Source of the DNA: Selaginella moellendorffii
Lineage: Eukaryota > Plantae > Lycopodiophyta
Assembly: GCF_000143415.4 (NCBI RefSeq)
Contig: NW_003314333.1
Span: forward strand, 633,207 to 697,206
Direction: 5' to 3'
DNA: 64,000 bases
The position numbers and the translations under genes were made by a program. Shown here piece by piece: positions 62,391-64,000 of this stretch. The stretch's first letter is position 1, and each line of letters opens with the position of its first letter. The notes below the pieces were generated by a model. The model had not been told where the DNA came from. It saw nothing but the letters and a program-made list of their open reading frames with translations, and searched no databases.

Positions 62391-64000
62391 ATTCACTTTG
62401 TGATGGATTATAAACAACCATACTTCCTTGCAAGTGCATGCCCTTATGAACAAAAGTTAAGAGCCTAACCAAACCATTATTCAACATATGATGCAATTCC
62501 CTTGGTTAGACCCAAGACCCCTTTGATATTAAATATAAACTCATGAATTTGGACTTTTTGAAAGGTCACTCAGTTTAGTACTATTCAAACCTAAGAACAT
62601 TTAACTTCAAATATCCCAAAATCCTTAATTGATTAAAAATGAGCTTATTGCGGTTCGATTAAATTCGAATGGTCATTTAATTTGTGCTTGTTTATGTTTT
62701 TATATTTTATACCTAGGACATTACCTTTATGTTGGACAAGTATATGATTCGATGATATGAATTTAGTGTTTGGGTCTTGTGAATGTAAGTTAAAGAGTGA
62801 TTATTAGTTGCTTTACAACTATTGATTGCTTGTAGACTTCATAGAAGATTTTGAATACTTATTTCGCTCAATGATGATTTAGCAATAATAGACTTGTTTT
62901 ACTAGATAATGTTATGGAGGATTGTGTTGTTAAACTTACATGATTTTTCCATGTTAGCATATCGACTCTACCTCTATCAATATCATTTAGTTGAGTTTAG
63001 TCTGTGGTGTTAGATTATATTGAGTCTTGGATGTGGTGAATCATTCCTTGATGATGTATTATCTATAATTGAGTTTTATTAAAGGTTTAGTCTCAGATAC
63101 TAACTAATGTATTTTCTACTTTGGTTAGTTTAGTTGCTAAAGAGCTTTGAGTGGTGATTCACTCTTTCTTTCTTCTAGCTTTGTTCTAGTGTTGATAGAA
63201 TGGAAGTGATGCTTTGTTATTGACATTATTGACATTGAGATTGGAGTGGAATGAGATATCTCCCTATAAAATTAATATTGAGTTTCATTAGTCTTGATGT
63301 AAATAGTATTGATGATTTAGTTGTAGCTTGTGTTATTGACATTTGTGCAATTGCTAGTTAGCAATTATATTGCCATTCAAATAAGTTGAGTAGCAAGTTG
63401 AGTTAGTTGTGTTTTAGATAAGATTTTTTAGTAGGAGTTGAGCTTTGAGCTTTTCCTTGAAAAGTGATTCAATCATCAACTATGTTAACTTCACGAGAGG
63501 AAAAGTTGGTGATTAATATTGAAGATATTGGTTCTTTATTGGATTTGAGTTAAGATATATCGATCATTAATAATTTCTTTTACACTTATTATAAAGTGAG
63601 TTATGTCTTATTATACATAGATGGATTCATGAAGAATCTATTTGGTAGTCATTCGTTAAACATAGCTTTATAGTGCTTGGTTTTTAGACTACTTTTGCAT
63701 TATGAAGTTTAACTTATGAATGTGTTGAGAAGGATATTATGGGTTGTACCATGATTTCTTTTTTAGTATTGAAGATAGTTCATATGAAATTCGTGATTAT
63801 TGTTAAACAAGATTTAGATATAAGCTTCTTCAAGTTTTTGGTTCTTTGAGTCTTATACTTATTATTCTATTTGTTAAAAATTGTTGGGGAAGGTATTTTG
63901 GCTTATTAACTTCGATGTTGAAGTTAGTATTTGCATTTAGCAATCAATAGTGACTATCATCTAGGATAATTTATTATCATTGTGAAAGGTTTTACTTGAT

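Overview
Eukaryotic plant nuclear DNA. Introns of about 45-70 nt, compact genes and S-motif-rich PLS PPR genes suggest a Selaginella-like lycophyte; this is an inference. Layout: (1) 1-6.5 kb holds AT-rich decayed DNA, gene-fragment pseudogenes and a 2.2-kb foldback element with hAT-like CAGGG ends. (2) 6.5-25 kb is a three-level nest of minus-strand Ty3/gypsy elements: old element A, containing non-coding element B (TSD ATTCT), containing chromodomain element C (TSD GTTAT). (3) 26-45 kb is a gene island: a degenerate DEAD-box C-terminal-domain gene, a CPSFL1-like Sec14, an ARIADNE RBR ligase, a PPR gene plus pseudogene, sucrose-phosphatase, orphan genes, an intronless RtcB2-type RNA ligase and a Crinkler-like NTPase-REase-PHD gene. 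(4) 45-64 kb holds decayed DNA, a short-LTR gypsy element with a 4-bp TSD, a second Crinkler-like gene, an integrase remnant and Cassandra-type 5S-bearing TRIM LTRs. The most striking observation is that the integrase of element C is interrupted by two small GT-AG introns (46 and 52 nt). Removing them exactly restores the conserved YHPQTDGQTERVN and KLTQRFAGPY motifs. An independent old copy of the family, about 48 kb away, carries an intron at the same position as the first, which suggests an LTR retrotransposon family that inherits spliceosomal introns through retrotransposition. All alignments were done by eye and no database searches were run.
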